Position numbers and translations under genes: made by a program
Notes under the pieces: model-generated
Seen by the model: only the letters and a program-made list of their open reading frames with translations
The model's database searches: none
What the model was told of the DNA's origin: nothing
NCBI GenBank assembly: GCA_041690395.1
Contig: JAWLHJ010000002.1
Location: 628,751-692,750, forward strand
Direction: 5' to 3'
DNA: 64,000 nt
DNA from: Longimicrobiales bacterium
GTDB taxonomy: Bacteria > Gemmatimonadota > Gemmatimonadetes > Longimicrobiales > Gaopeijiaceae
Shown here: positions 39,457 through 48,468 of the stretch, in pieces
Layout of the letters: every line of letters starts with the position of its first letter
Position numbering within the stretch: position 1 is the stretch's first letter

Positions 39457-40047
39457 ATGACGAACGCACGCCAGCTCAAGGACCGGCCGGACGGCCCGGC
39501 GCACGACGCCGACCACCGGACCCGGCCATCCCACCCGCCGCACGGCGCCGACCGCGAGAGCCGGGTCGACCCCGATGTGGGCGGCCAACCGCCCGGATAT
39601 CATCTCCTGCGCGCCGTCACGGTCCTCGACCTGCCGCGGGAAGAGCTCTTCCCGTTCTTCGCGGCCGCCGAGAATCTGGAGCGCATCACCCCGCCGGCAC
39701 TCCGCTTCCGGATCGTCACGCCCACTCCGGTGGAGATGCGGCGCGGCACCCTGATCGACTACCGGCTGCGGCTGAACGGCATCCCGTTCGGGTGGCGGAC
39801 CGAGATCACCGAGTGGGATCCGCCGCACGCGTTCACGGACACGCAGCTACGCGGACCGTACCACACCTGGGTGCACCGGCACGTCTTCGAGGCGCTCGGT
39901 GACCGCCGCACGCGGATGACCGACGAGGTACGATACCGCCTGCCGGCCTGGCCCCTCGGCGAGGTCGCGCTTCCGGTGGTGCGACGGCAGGTGGCCGCGA
40001 TCTTCGCGCACCGCAACCGGGTGATCCGGGAGCTGCTGGGCGTCTGA
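39457..40047 (+). CDS. SRPBCC-family protein
   Basis: FFAAAENLERITPP, IDYRL, FTDTQLRGPYHTWVHRH; start uncertain. Confidence 0.85.
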   Translation: MTNARQLKDRPDGPAHDADHRTRPSHPPHGADRESRVDPDVGGQPPGYHLLRAVTVLDLPREELFPFFAAAENLERITPPALRFRIVTPTPVEMRRGTLIDYRLRLNGIPFGWRTEITEWDPPHAFTDTQLRGPYHTWVHRHVFEALGDRRTRMTDEVRYRLPAWPLGEVALPVVRRQVAAIFAHRNRVIRELLGV

Positions 40048-40152
40048 CCGGGAGAGCTCCGGGAGCTTCCATGGTGGCGCGAGCGGCCGCCCGCGGGAGC
40101 CCCCGAAGGAGCCCCCGTGGGCGCACCCGGTTCAGGCGAGGAAGCAGCCTCG

Positions 40153-40515
40153 CTAGTCGTCCTTGTCGCGATTCAAGGGCGTGATCTTCATCCAATGGGC
40201 CTCGACCTGGTCGCGGAGGCTCCGCACCTCTTCGCTGACCTCCGGGTCGTCGCGCAGGTGGTAGCGCGCGGCCGCGAGCGCCCTGAACGCCCGCCAGAGC
40301 GCCTTGGACGCAGTGCTCCGCTTGGACGAAGGGCGGTACTCACCGCGGACCTTCGTCAGAACCCAATCCGCCAACTCGTCGTTGACCCGCATGGAGACGG
40401 CTTTCTCGCCGTGTTCCTTGGTGATCGTCTCCTGGAGCTTCCGGTTGAATCCCTTCGGGACGCCGGCAACCACGAACACCGACAGATCGTCGCGTTCGAG
40501 CCAGTCGTGGGCCAT
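40153..40515 (-). CDS. Hypothetical protein (120 aa)
   Basis: AAGGA RBS, typical codon usage, fills an intergenic gap. Confidence 0.65.
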   Translation of the reverse strand: MAHDWLERDDLSVFVVAGVPKGFNRKLQETITKEHGEKAVSMRVNDELADWVLTKVRGEYRPSSKRSTASKALWRAFRALAAARYHLRDDPEVSEEVRSLRDQVEAHWMKITPLNRDKDD

Positions 40516-40641
40516 TACCGTTCCTTTGTTTCGGGGGCTGATGCACCGCGAACTGTTATAGCGCGTATAAGCTGCCAAGTTCCGAAGGCGCTTCAGGTGT
40601 GCCATCTTCCGCTCCTGTCCCCCTTCCCCCGCGAAACGCCC

Positions 40642-42201
40642 ATGGACCGATCCACCATCCTCGACGAGCTCGGCCTCGAAGACGTCAACCTCGGCGGATT
40701 CGCCGGTACCTGGTCGGGATCCGGCCCGGAGCTCGAGATCCACAGCCCCGTCGACGGCTCACGCATCGCATCGGTGCGTGAAGTCACCGAAGACGAATAC
40801 GACGCCATCGTCGACCGCGCCCACGAAGCCTTCCTGGCGTGGCGTCGCGTGCCCGCCCCCCTGCGGGGCCAGGTCGTGCGCGCCATCGGAGACGAGCTGC
40901 GTCGGAAGAAAGCCGCGCTCGGCGCACTGGTGACGCTGGAGATGGGGAAGATCCGCGCCGAAGGTGAAGGCGAAGTGCAGGAGATGATCGACATCTGCGA
41001 CTTCGCCACCGGGCTCTCCAGGCAGCTCTACGGCCTCACGATGCAGAGCGAGCGGCCGGACCACCACATGCGGGAGCAGTGGCACCCGCTGGGCGTGGTC
41101 GGCGTGATCAGCGCGTTCAACTTCCCGGTAGCGGTGTGGAGCTGGAATGCCGCCCTGGCCGCGGTGTGCGGCGACAGCACGCTCTGGAAGCCATCCGAGC
41201 GGACGCCGCTCACGGCGGTAGCCGTGACGCGCATCGCCGCGGACGTGTGCCGGGCGCACGACGTCGACCCGGCCGTCTTCTCGCTCGTGGTCGGCAAGGG
41301 CGGTACCATCGGCGACCGGATGCTCCACGACCGGCGCGTGCCGCTCGTGTCCGCGACCGGCTCCACGCGCATGGGCCGTCGCGTGGCGGAGGTGGTCGGG
41401 ACGCGACTCGGCAAGACGATCCTGGAGCTCGGCGGCAACAACGCGATCATCGTGACCCCGAGCGCCAACCTGGAGCTGGTGCTCCCGGCCGTGCTGTTCG
41501 GCTCGGTCGGCACCGCCGGCCAGCGCTGCACGAGCACCCGGCGCATCATCGTGCACCGGTCGGTGCGGGACGAGTTCGTGCGGCGGCTGGTGCGTGCCTA
41601 CCAGGACGTGCCCATCGGCGACCCGCTCGAGGACGGCACGCTCATGGGACCGGTCCTGAGCCCGGACTCCGTCGACGCCCTCATGGAGGCCAAGGCGGCC
41701 GTGGTCGAGGAGGGCGGCGAGATCCTCTACGGAGGCGAGCGGCTCTCGGGCGACGCCTACCCGGGCGGGCGCTACGTCACGCCCTGCATCGCTTCGGCCG
41801 AGAACCACTACCGGATCGTCCAGGAGGAGACGTTCGCGCCGATCCTGTACGTCATCCCCTACGGAACCGAAGGCGCGTCGGCCGCCGACGCCGTCGAGGA
41901 GATCGAGGAGGCCGTCCGCCTCCACAACGACGTGCCGCAGGGGCTCTCGTCGGCGATCTTCACGGACAACGTGCGCGAGGCCGAGTATTTCCTCTCGCAC
42001 CGCGGCAGCGACTGCGGCATCGCGAACGTGAACATCGGGACGTCCGGTGCCGAGATCGGCGGGGCCTTCGGAGGCGAGAAGGATACCGGCGGCGGGCGCG
42101 AGTCCGGCTCCGACGCGTGGAAGGCCTACATGCGGCGGCAGACCAACACGGTCAACTGGAGCACCGAGCTTCCGCTCGCCCAGGGGATCTCGTTCGGCTG
42201 A
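40642..42201 (+). CDS. Aldehyde dehydrogenase, ALDH7/piperideine-6-carboxylate dehydrogenase type
   Basis: ISAFNFPVAVWSWN, LELGGNN, GTAGQRCT, GAEIGGAFGGEKDTGGGRESGSDAWKAYM. Confidence 0.93.
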   Translation: MDRSTILDELGLEDVNLGGFAGTWSGSGPELEIHSPVDGSRIASVREVTEDEYDAIVDRAHEAFLAWRRVPAPLRGQVVRAIGDELRRKKAALGALVTLEMGKIRAEGEGEVQEMIDICDFATGLSRQLYGLTMQSERPDHHMREQWHPLGVVGVISAFNFPVAVWSWNAALAAVCGDSTLWKPSERTPLTAVAVTRIAADVCRAHDVDPAVFSLVVGKGGTIGDRMLHDRRVPLVSATGSTRMGRRVAEVVGTRLGKTILELGGNNAIIVTPSANLELVLPAVLFGSVGTAGQRCTSTRRIIVHRSVRDEFVRRLVRAYQDVPIGDPLEDGTLMGPVLSPDSVDALMEAKAAVVEEGGEILYGGERLSGDAYPGGRYVTPCIASAENHYRIVQEETFAPILYVIPYGTEGASAADAVEEIEEAVRLHNDVPQGLSSAIFTDNVREAEYFLSHRGSDCGIANVNIGTSGAEIGGAFGGEKDTGGGRESGSDAWKAYMRRQTNTVNWSTELPLAQGISFG

Positions 42202-42241
42202 GAGGGCGACCGGGCGGCGTGCGGGAAGGTGGGCCGCTCGC

Positions 42242-42952
42242 TCAGGCCCCAGCCACCCGCTCCAGGAACTTCCGCGCGAGCCGTGGTCCGACACCTTCGT
42301 CCTCGTGCTTGAAGAAGACGAACGCCCGGCTCCATCCGGTCGCGGCCAGTCGCTCCGCCCAGCGGTCGAGGTCCTCGTCCGAATAGGCCGTGCGCCTCAA
42401 GCGCACGTACCCCCACGGGGCGGTGGACGTCAGCTCCTCCGGCTCCTCGGCCTCGTCCGTGTCGGCGTGCACGAGCGCCGCTCCGTGCGACCCGAGAAGG
42501 CCGCGCACGTCCGGATCGTCCCATGAGGCGTGCCGGAACTCGAACGCGGCCGACGCGTCGGCGGGTAGCGTGCCCAGGAACGTCTCGAGCCGCTCGGGAT
42601 CGGCCTTCATGTTGGGCGGAAGCTGGAAGAGGACGGCTCCCAGCCGCGGACCCATCTCGGCGAGAGAGCGGAAGAGGAAGTCGGTCGGCTCGACCGACTC
42701 GGAGCCGAGCCGGGTGAAGTGCGTGATGCGACGCGACGCCTTGATGACGAAGCGGAAGTCGTCCGGGACCTGCTCCCCCCAGGTCCGGACGACCTCCGGC
42801 TTCGGCAAGCGGTAGAACGTGTTGTTGATCTCCACGGCGCTCAGCTTCTGCCCGTAGTGCTCGAGCATGCGGGCGGCCGGAAGGTCCTCCGGGTAGAAGC
42901 TGCCCTTCCACGCCGCGTAGCTGTAGCCGCTGGTTCCCACCAACCACTCCAT
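42242..42952 (-). CDS. DUF72 (YecE-like) protein
   Basis: GTSGYSY..WKGSFYP, VEINNTFY, LFQLPP, FEFRH, FFKHE. Confidence 0.9.
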   Translation of the reverse strand: MEWLVGTSGYSYAAWKGSFYPEDLPAARMLEHYGQKLSAVEINNTFYRLPKPEVVRTWGEQVPDDFRFVIKASRRITHFTRLGSESVEPTDFLFRSLAEMGPRLGAVLFQLPPNMKADPERLETFLGTLPADASAAFEFRHASWDDPDVRGLLGSHGAALVHADTDEAEEPEELTSTAPWGYVRLRRTAYSDEDLDRWAERLAATGWSRAFVFFKHEDEGVGPRLARKFLERVAGA

Positions 42953-43049
42953 CAGCCTCTCCGGTGCGCACCCGTCCATCGGGGGCGCGGCTCGACCGTG
43001 CCCCGAGCCGTCCCGAGCGGTCGGCTCTTTCCGCCTACATCATCGCGCG

Positions 43050-43475
43050 CTAGGAGCGCTTCTTCCGCTTCTTCGGCTTGCGCCCCTGATTCGGGTGCTT
43101 CAGGTGCTTCCAGGTCTCGCCACGCCGGAGCATGTAGATCGTGCTGGGCGACACGCCCAGCTTACGTGCCCACTCTGCCCCGGAAGACTTCCACCGGTCC
43201 TTCTTCTCGTCCCAGTCGTCGAGCACCCTGAGGGCCTGCTTCTCGTTCAGCTCGCTGTGGGGCGAGTTCTCACCTCGCAGCCACACGTTCGAGCCGTACC
43301 AGCGGTCGACCCGCTGGATGGGCCCAGCGATGTTACGTCCGGTGTGGCCGAGACAGTAGTGGCGAACCTGATCCACCGTGTGCTGCGGGTACATCCGCGC
43401 GATCTCAGCGTACAGATAGCCTTCCTCGGCCATCTGCCGCCATTTGACGACCAGCGCGCCGTCTGGCTTGGACAT
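43050..43475 (-). CDS. Small basic HTH protein resembling the C-terminal DNA-binding module of HNH homing endonucleases
   Basis: AGGAG RBS; RGENSPHSELNEKQA..WARKLGVSPSTIYMLRRGETWKHL; Lys/Arg tail. Confidence 0.7.
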   Translation of the reverse strand: MSKPDGALVVKWRQMAEEGYLYAEIARMYPQHTVDQVRHYCLGHTGRNIAGPIQRVDRWYGSNVWLRGENSPHSELNEKQALRVLDDWDEKKDRWKSSGAEWARKLGVSPSTIYMLRRGETWKHLKHPNQGRKPKKRKKRS

Positions 43476-43580
43476 ACGCCTTCTCCTGTGCTATTGGGGG
43501 GGTACACGATCGGCTCTAACCGGCGGATAAGCGGATGTTCCCACCGTCCCCCCGGGAAGCCCATCGCTCCCCAACATATG

Positions 43581-44138
43581 CTACGTGGGACCGTCTCGCC
43601 GCAATCTGTGCGCGAAACGCTTCCGGTACTTCGCCACCTTGGGTGCGATCACGGCGCGGCAATACGGCTGCTGGCCGTTCTGACTGAAGTAGTCGTCGTG
43701 GTACGCCTCGGCCGGATAGAAGGCGCCGACCTCCGCCACCTCGGTAACGATCGGATCGTCCCAGACGCCCTCCGCGTCGAGCTCCTCGATGAACGCGCGT
43801 GCCTCACGAGCCTGCTCGGGCGTGTGGCAGAAGACCACCGAACGGTACTGCGTGCCGACGTCGTTCCCCTGGCGGTTCAGCGTCGTCGGGTCGTGGGTCC
43901 CGAAGAAGATCTCGAGGAGATCCCGGAACGCGATCACCTCCGGATCGAAGTCGACCTGCACGACCTCGGCGTGGCCCGTCGTCCCGGTGCAGACCTGCTC
44001 GTACGTCGGGTGCGCGGTGTGTCCGCCCATGTACCCCGACTTCACCCGGCTCACGCCTTCGGTCATCTGGAAGACGGCTTCCACGCACCAGAAGCAGCCG
44101 CCGCCGAAGGTCGCCGTCTGGATGCCGCTGCTGGTCAT
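43581..44138 (-). CDS. msrA: Peptide methionine sulfoxide reductase A
   Basis: GGCFWC, GYMGG, YEQVCTGTTGHAE, HDPTTLNRQGNDVGTQYRS. Confidence 0.97.
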   Translation of the reverse strand: MTSSGIQTATFGGGCFWCVEAVFQMTEGVSRVKSGYMGGHTAHPTYEQVCTGTTGHAEVVQVDFDPEVIAFRDLLEIFFGTHDPTTLNRQGNDVGTQYRSVVFCHTPEQAREARAFIEELDAEGVWDDPIVTEVAEVGAFYPAEAYHDDYFSQNGQQPYCRAVIAPKVAKYRKRFAHRLRRDGPT

Positions 44139-44213
44139 GGAGTCACTCCTTGGATGCGTGATCGGTTCGGTGCCCAACGATCATCGGTCCGCACGGGGGA
44201 CGGAAGGGCTCCA

Positions 44214-45029
44214 TCAGCGACCCTCCACGATCCGGAGGATACGGAAGATCTCGTCGGCGACCAGCGCGGGAGCGTCGGAAGAGACGTTCGGGCCGGAGCC
44301 CGGCGCGGGAACATGGCGCCCGAACGGCCGGCCGCGGACCAGCTCCTCGTGCGCTCGCCTGGCCGCCTCGTCCAGGAAGCGGACGTCCCAGTCGTCCTGG
44401 GCGTCGCGTGTGGTGGCGGTGACGACCGTGACGGGCATCGCCGGCAACCGCGAACTCCTCGCGCGCGCCGCCAGCGACAACGGACGTACCCCGTCGGCGT
44501 TGGGCGATGTCCGGCGCGCCATCCACGCCTCCCAGTCCCCGTGGGGCATCGCGGGACGCATGAGCCTCGGCAGATCCTCGTGGGTGGGCTCGAGAAGCAC
44601 GAGACCACCGGGCGTTGTCCGCCTGGACGCAGCGAGCAGGCGCGCGTACATCGCGCCCTCGCCCTGACCCACGAGGACGTACCGCGACTGCGTGCCGAGC
44701 GCGGCGTGCACGTCCAGAAGATCCTCGAGCAGCTCGAGCCACCCCCGCTCCGCGGGCTCGCCGTCACCTCCCGGTAGATTCCCCCGGTCGTAGGCGCAAG
44801 CGGACACGCCGGGGGCGAGCCACTCCAACACGGTGCGCCAGTCGTCCGCGCTCCGGCCGGCGTCGTGCAGGAGCACGACCTGCGGCGCCGCGCCGGTGCA
44901 CAGCGCCCGGACGCTTCCCCCCGCCACCTCGAGGCGCAGCTCCTCCACCAGGACGTCCTGGGGCGGTGGCGACACCTGAGCGGGCGCGACGAGCGGCGCG
45001 AGCGCGGCCAGCAGGACCCAGCCGGTCAC
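44214..45029 (-). CDS. Exported alpha/beta-hydrolase-fold protein lacking catalytic Ser and His
   Basis: VVLLH, ACAYDRG, YVLVGQGEGAM, GLVLLEP, PGSGPNV. Confidence 0.75.
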   Translation of the reverse strand: MTGWVLLAALAPLVAPAQVSPPPQDVLVEELRLEVAGGSVRALCTGAAPQVVLLHDAGRSADDWRTVLEWLAPGVSACAYDRGNLPGGDGEPAERGWLELLEDLLDVHAALGTQSRYVLVGQGEGAMYARLLAASRRTTPGGLVLLEPTHEDLPRLMRPAMPHGDWEAWMARRTSPNADGVRPLSLAARARSSRLPAMPVTVVTATTRDAQDDWDVRFLDEAARRAHEELVRGRPFGRHVPAPGSGPNVSSDAPALVADEIFRILRIVEGR

Positions 45030-45127
45030 GATGCAGCCCCCGCCATGCGCCGATGTCCGAGCCTGATCATCTTGTTCTCTCCATCCGTGCGAACGCGTCC
45101 ACCCTACCCTCGCTCCCGGAGCCGGAA

Positions 45128-45796
45128 GTGTCCATCACGCAGCCCGCCCGTGCCCTCGTGCTCCTGCTGCTTCCACTGGCGGCGGCCTGTTCGTCCCAGG
45201 ATGATACGGCTGCAAGAGCCGCGCCGAACCCGCTGCTGCGGCCCGACCGCTTCACGGCGACCGCGCCGTCCACGTTCCGCGTCCGGTTCGAGACCAGCGA
45301 GGGCGACTTCGTCGTGCAGGCCGACCGCGACTGGGCTCCGCTGGGTGTCGACAGGTTCTACAACCTGGCTGGCGCAGGGTTCTTCGACGACTCCCGGGTC
45401 TACCGGGTGGTCGACGGCTTCGTCGCGCAGTTCGGTCTGAACGCCGACCCCTACGTGAACCAGGCCTGGAAGACCGAGTACCTGGTCGACGATCCGGTCA
45501 CGCACTCGAACACCCGGGGTCGCGTGACGTTCGCGAAAGGGGGGCGCCACTCCCGCACCACGGAGATCTTCATCAACCTCCGTGACAACCCGCAGCTCGA
45601 CGACAACGGCTTCGCGCCCATCGGGGAGGTCGTGGAGGGGATGGACGTGGTGGAGCGCCTCCACGCGGCCTACGGTGACGGTCCGCCGCGCGGCGAGGGA
45701 CCGTATCAGGCGATGGTCGAGGCGCGCGGCAACGTCTATCTGGACGCCGAGTTCCCGGAGCTCACCCGCATCGAGCGCGCGACCATCGAGCCGTGA
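45128..45796 (+). CDS. Cyclophilin-type peptidyl-prolyl isomerase, lipoprotein
   Basis: Lipobox AAAC, WAPLGVDRFYNL, YRVVDGFVAQFG, FINL, FAPIGEVVEGMDVV. Confidence 0.9.
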   Translation: MSITQPARALVLLLLPLAAACSSQDDTAARAAPNPLLRPDRFTATAPSTFRVRFETSEGDFVVQADRDWAPLGVDRFYNLAGAGFFDDSRVYRVVDGFVAQFGLNADPYVNQAWKTEYLVDDPVTHSNTRGRVTFAKGGRHSRTTEIFINLRDNPQLDDNGFAPIGEVVEGMDVVERLHAAYGDGPPRGEGPYQAMVEARGNVYLDAEFPELTRIERATIEP

Positions 45797-45808
45797 GATC
45801 GCCTCCGC

Positions 45809-46162
45809 TCAGGGACACCCCGTGCAGGCCGGCGCTTCGGGCATGACGAAGAGCCGCTCGAACGCGATCTCGCCACCGCACCGGGTGCACACCCCGTAGG
45901 TGCCTGCCTCCATCCGCTTCAGCGCCTCGACCAGCAGCCCCAACTTCGCCTGCTCGCGCTGGCGGAGGTTCTTCGTGAGTCCCTGGTTCTGCAGGGAGTC
46001 GATGCGGGAAAGCCGCCCCACCGCGGTCTGATCGAGCTTGACGGGGCGGAGCGCCTCGTCGGTCACCATCATGCTGCGCTCGAGGCGCGCGAGCTCACGG
46101 TCCAGCTCCGCGCGCAGGGCGTCGAGTTGCTCCGACGTCAGGTGTCCCGATGTCTTTCCCAT
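45809..46162 (-). CDS. TraR/DksA-family C4 zinc-finger protein
   Basis: VGRLSRIDSLQ coiled-coil tip, YGVCTRCG..ERL..PEAPACTGC. Confidence 0.88.
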   Translation of the reverse strand: MGKTSGHLTSEQLDALRAELDRELARLERSMMVTDEALRPVKLDQTAVGRLSRIDSLQNQGLTKNLRQREQAKLGLLVEALKRMEAGTYGVCTRCGGEIAFERLFVMPEAPACTGCP

Positions 46163-46172
46163 GCGCCGCGCC

Positions 46173-46829
46173 CTACCAGGCGTTCCGGATCTCGGTTCGC
46201 GAGATCGAGTCGAGGCCCGGATATCGGCGATCCAGGAAATCATTTCCGGACGCGAGGATCGAGTCCTCCATGGGGACGATCACGTCGCCGTATTCCGCGT
46301 TGAACCCCTCGGCGACCTCGAGGCCGGAGACCACGCGGCCGATCGGCGGGAAACCCGCCACTCCATCTCCGCTCCAGCTGTCGAGGAAGGTGTTGTCGAC
46401 GAGATTCACGAAGAGCACGAAGTTGCGCGACTCGGGCCCCGCGCGCCCGAACGCGACGGCCCCACGCACGTTGGAGGCGCGTACCGGCTCGTCGGGAAGC
46501 CTGCGTCCATACCAGAGGGTGTCGAGCTCCGGGCGGCCGCTGTAGCCGAACTGCACGTACTGGTCGTTCACCCGGTAGAAGCGGGCGCCCTCGTAGAACT
46601 CCGCCTGCACGAGCTCCCAGACGCGGTCGACCGCCAACGGCGACCATGCGCGGTGGAAGCGCGTCACGATCTCGCCGCCGCTCGTATGGAACGCCAAGTC
46701 GAAGGAGTCGGGCGCCTGATCGGTGTCCGTCATGGCCTCGCCGGGCGCCTCGCCACCGCACGCCACCGCGAACACGACTCCGGCCAGGAGCCACGAGGCG
46801 ACCTTGGGAACGGTTGACGAGCGTGTCAC
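46173..46829 (-). CDS. Cyclophilin-type peptidyl-prolyl isomerase, lipoprotein (second copy)
   Basis: AVACGG lipobox, WSPLAVDRV, FYRV..VQFG, FVNL, FPPIGRVVSG. Confidence 0.85.
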   Translation of the reverse strand: MTRSSTVPKVASWLLAGVVFAVACGGEAPGEAMTDTDQAPDSFDLAFHTSGGEIVTRFHRAWSPLAVDRVWELVQAEFYEGARFYRVNDQYVQFGYSGRPELDTLWYGRRLPDEPVRASNVRGAVAFGRAGPESRNFVLFVNLVDNTFLDSWSGDGVAGFPPIGRVVSGLEVAEGFNAEYGDVIVPMEDSILASGNDFLDRRYPGLDSISRTEIRNAW

Positions 46830-46940
46830 GTTTAGACTGGCTCCGGCCTGAAGGACACAGAACTTCCTCGAGCTGCGGCTCGATCCATGATAGCGGGGCC
46901 ACGTGACGCGCGGCACCCAGCGGCACCCACAGGAGAACCG

Positions 46941-47900
46941 ATGGATCAACCGCGTGAACCGTCCGGGACGACCATCGACCAGTTCATCGGCGAGACGCCG
47001 ATGGTCCGGCTGCGACGCCTGGTCGGACCGGAGCATGCGGAGGTGTGGGTCAAGGTCGAGGGGATGAACCCCGGTGGGTCGATCAAGGACCGGCCGGCGC
47101 TCGGGATGATCGTCGACGCGGAAGAGCGCGGGCTGTTGAGGCCGGGCGGACGCATCGTCGAGCCGACCTCGGGCAACACCGGCGTCGGGCTCGCCCAGGT
47201 GGCGGCCGCTCGCGGGTACCGGCTGACGCTCTGCCTGCCCTCGACCATGAGCGTGGAGCGAAAGCAGACCCTCATCGCGTACGGTGCCGAGCTGGTGCTC
47301 ACCGATCCGGAGCGGCGCATGCTCGAGGCGATCGAGGTCGCCGAGCGTATCCGCGACGAGACCGGGGCGTTCCTTCCCAACCAGTTCGAGAATCCGGCCA
47401 ACCCGCGGGCCCACTACGAGGGCACCGCGCCCGAGCTGTGGTCGCAGATGGACGGACGCATCGACGCGTTCGTGTATGGAAGCGGCACCGGGGGTACCAT
47501 TTCTGGGGTCGGCCGTTACCTGAAGGAGCGCCTCGGCGACGTCCTGGTGGTCGCGGTCGAGCCGGCACGGAGCGCGGTCCTTTCCGGAGAGGAGCGCGGT
47601 CAGCACAAGTTCCAGGGGATGGGCCCCGGCTTCATCCCGCCGAATCTGGACCGAACCGTGATCGACCGGGTTCAGAAGGCGTGGGAAGAAGACTCGTTCC
47701 CCGTCGCACGCCGGCTCGCCCGTGAGGAGGGGCTGTTCGTCGGGATGAGCAGCGGCGCGATCGTCTGGTCGGCCCTCGAGGTCGCCCGGGAGCTCGGACC
47801 GGGGCACCGGGTCGTGTGCATCGCGCCGGACTCGGCCTCGCGCTATCTGACCACCGACCTGTTCGGCGAGGCGGACGGAGCCTCCGAGCCGACCGAGTGA
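46941..47900 (+). CDS. cysK: Cysteine synthase
   Basis: NPGGSIKDR, EPTSGNTG, NQFENPAN, GTGGTISG; AGGAG RBS. Confidence 0.93.
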   Translation: MDQPREPSGTTIDQFIGETPMVRLRRLVGPEHAEVWVKVEGMNPGGSIKDRPALGMIVDAEERGLLRPGGRIVEPTSGNTGVGLAQVAAARGYRLTLCLPSTMSVERKQTLIAYGAELVLTDPERRMLEAIEVAERIRDETGAFLPNQFENPANPRAHYEGTAPELWSQMDGRIDAFVYGSGTGGTISGVGRYLKERLGDVLVVAVEPARSAVLSGEERGQHKFQGMGPGFIPPNLDRTVIDRVQKAWEEDSFPVARRLAREEGLFVGMSSGAIVWSALEVARELGPGHRVVCIAPDSASRYLTTDLFGEADGASEPTE

Positions 47901-47989
47901 CCCGTCACGTCGGGCGGCGAGCCCGGCGTACTCTACAGACGCGCCGTCACGAGGGCGGCGCGACATTGATTCACCGACAGGAGCGATCC

Positions 47990-48415
47990 ATGGACAAGAA
48001 GGCCCTGATCGACAAGCTGAACGAGGACCTCGCAGGTGAGCTGTCCGCGGTCATCCAGTACACGACGTACGCCGCCAAGGCCACCGGCCCTTACCGCCCG
48101 CAGCTCTCCGAGTTCTTCCTGGCGGAAGTCGCCGACGAGCAGATGCACGCGCAGTTCCTGGCCAACAAGATCGTGGCGCTGGGCGGCGAGCCGACCACCA
48201 CGCCGAGGCCGGTCGCCAAGGCGGGCACGAACCGCGAGATGCTCCAGGCCGTCCTCGAGGCGGAACGACGCGCGGTGGCGGACTACACCGCGCGCGCCGA
48301 GCAGGCCGATGCCTACGGCGACAAGGGACTCTCGGTGCAGCTCGAGGACATGGTGCGCGACGAGAGCGGGCACGCCGAGGAGACCGAGCGGATCCTGAAG
48401 GACTGGCCGCTCTGA
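47990..48415 (+). CDS. Ferritin-like (bacterioferritin-related) di-iron protein
   Basis: ELSAVIQY, DEQMHA, EAERRAVADY, DESGH ligands; AGGAG RBS. Confidence 0.85.
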   Translation: MDKKALIDKLNEDLAGELSAVIQYTTYAAKATGPYRPQLSEFFLAEVADEQMHAQFLANKIVALGGEPTTTPRPVAKAGTNREMLQAVLEAERRAVADYTARAEQADAYGDKGLSVQLEDMVRDESGHAEETERILKDWPL

Positions 48416-48426
48416 GGTCTGAGCGA

Positions 48427-48468
48427 GGGGCGGTCGGCCGGGGTGGTGACACCCCGGCCGCGCCCCCC
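48427..48468. terminator. GC hairpin between convergent genes
   Basis: CGGCCGGGGTG-GTGA-CACCCCGGCCG with outer GGGGCG/CGCCCC. Confidence 0.55.

Noticed and set aside
35805..39479. 1224-aa minus-strand ORF, and a possible intein in dnaE
   Set aside because: Shadow of dnaE; DnaE has normal length and continuous motifs with no intein signature
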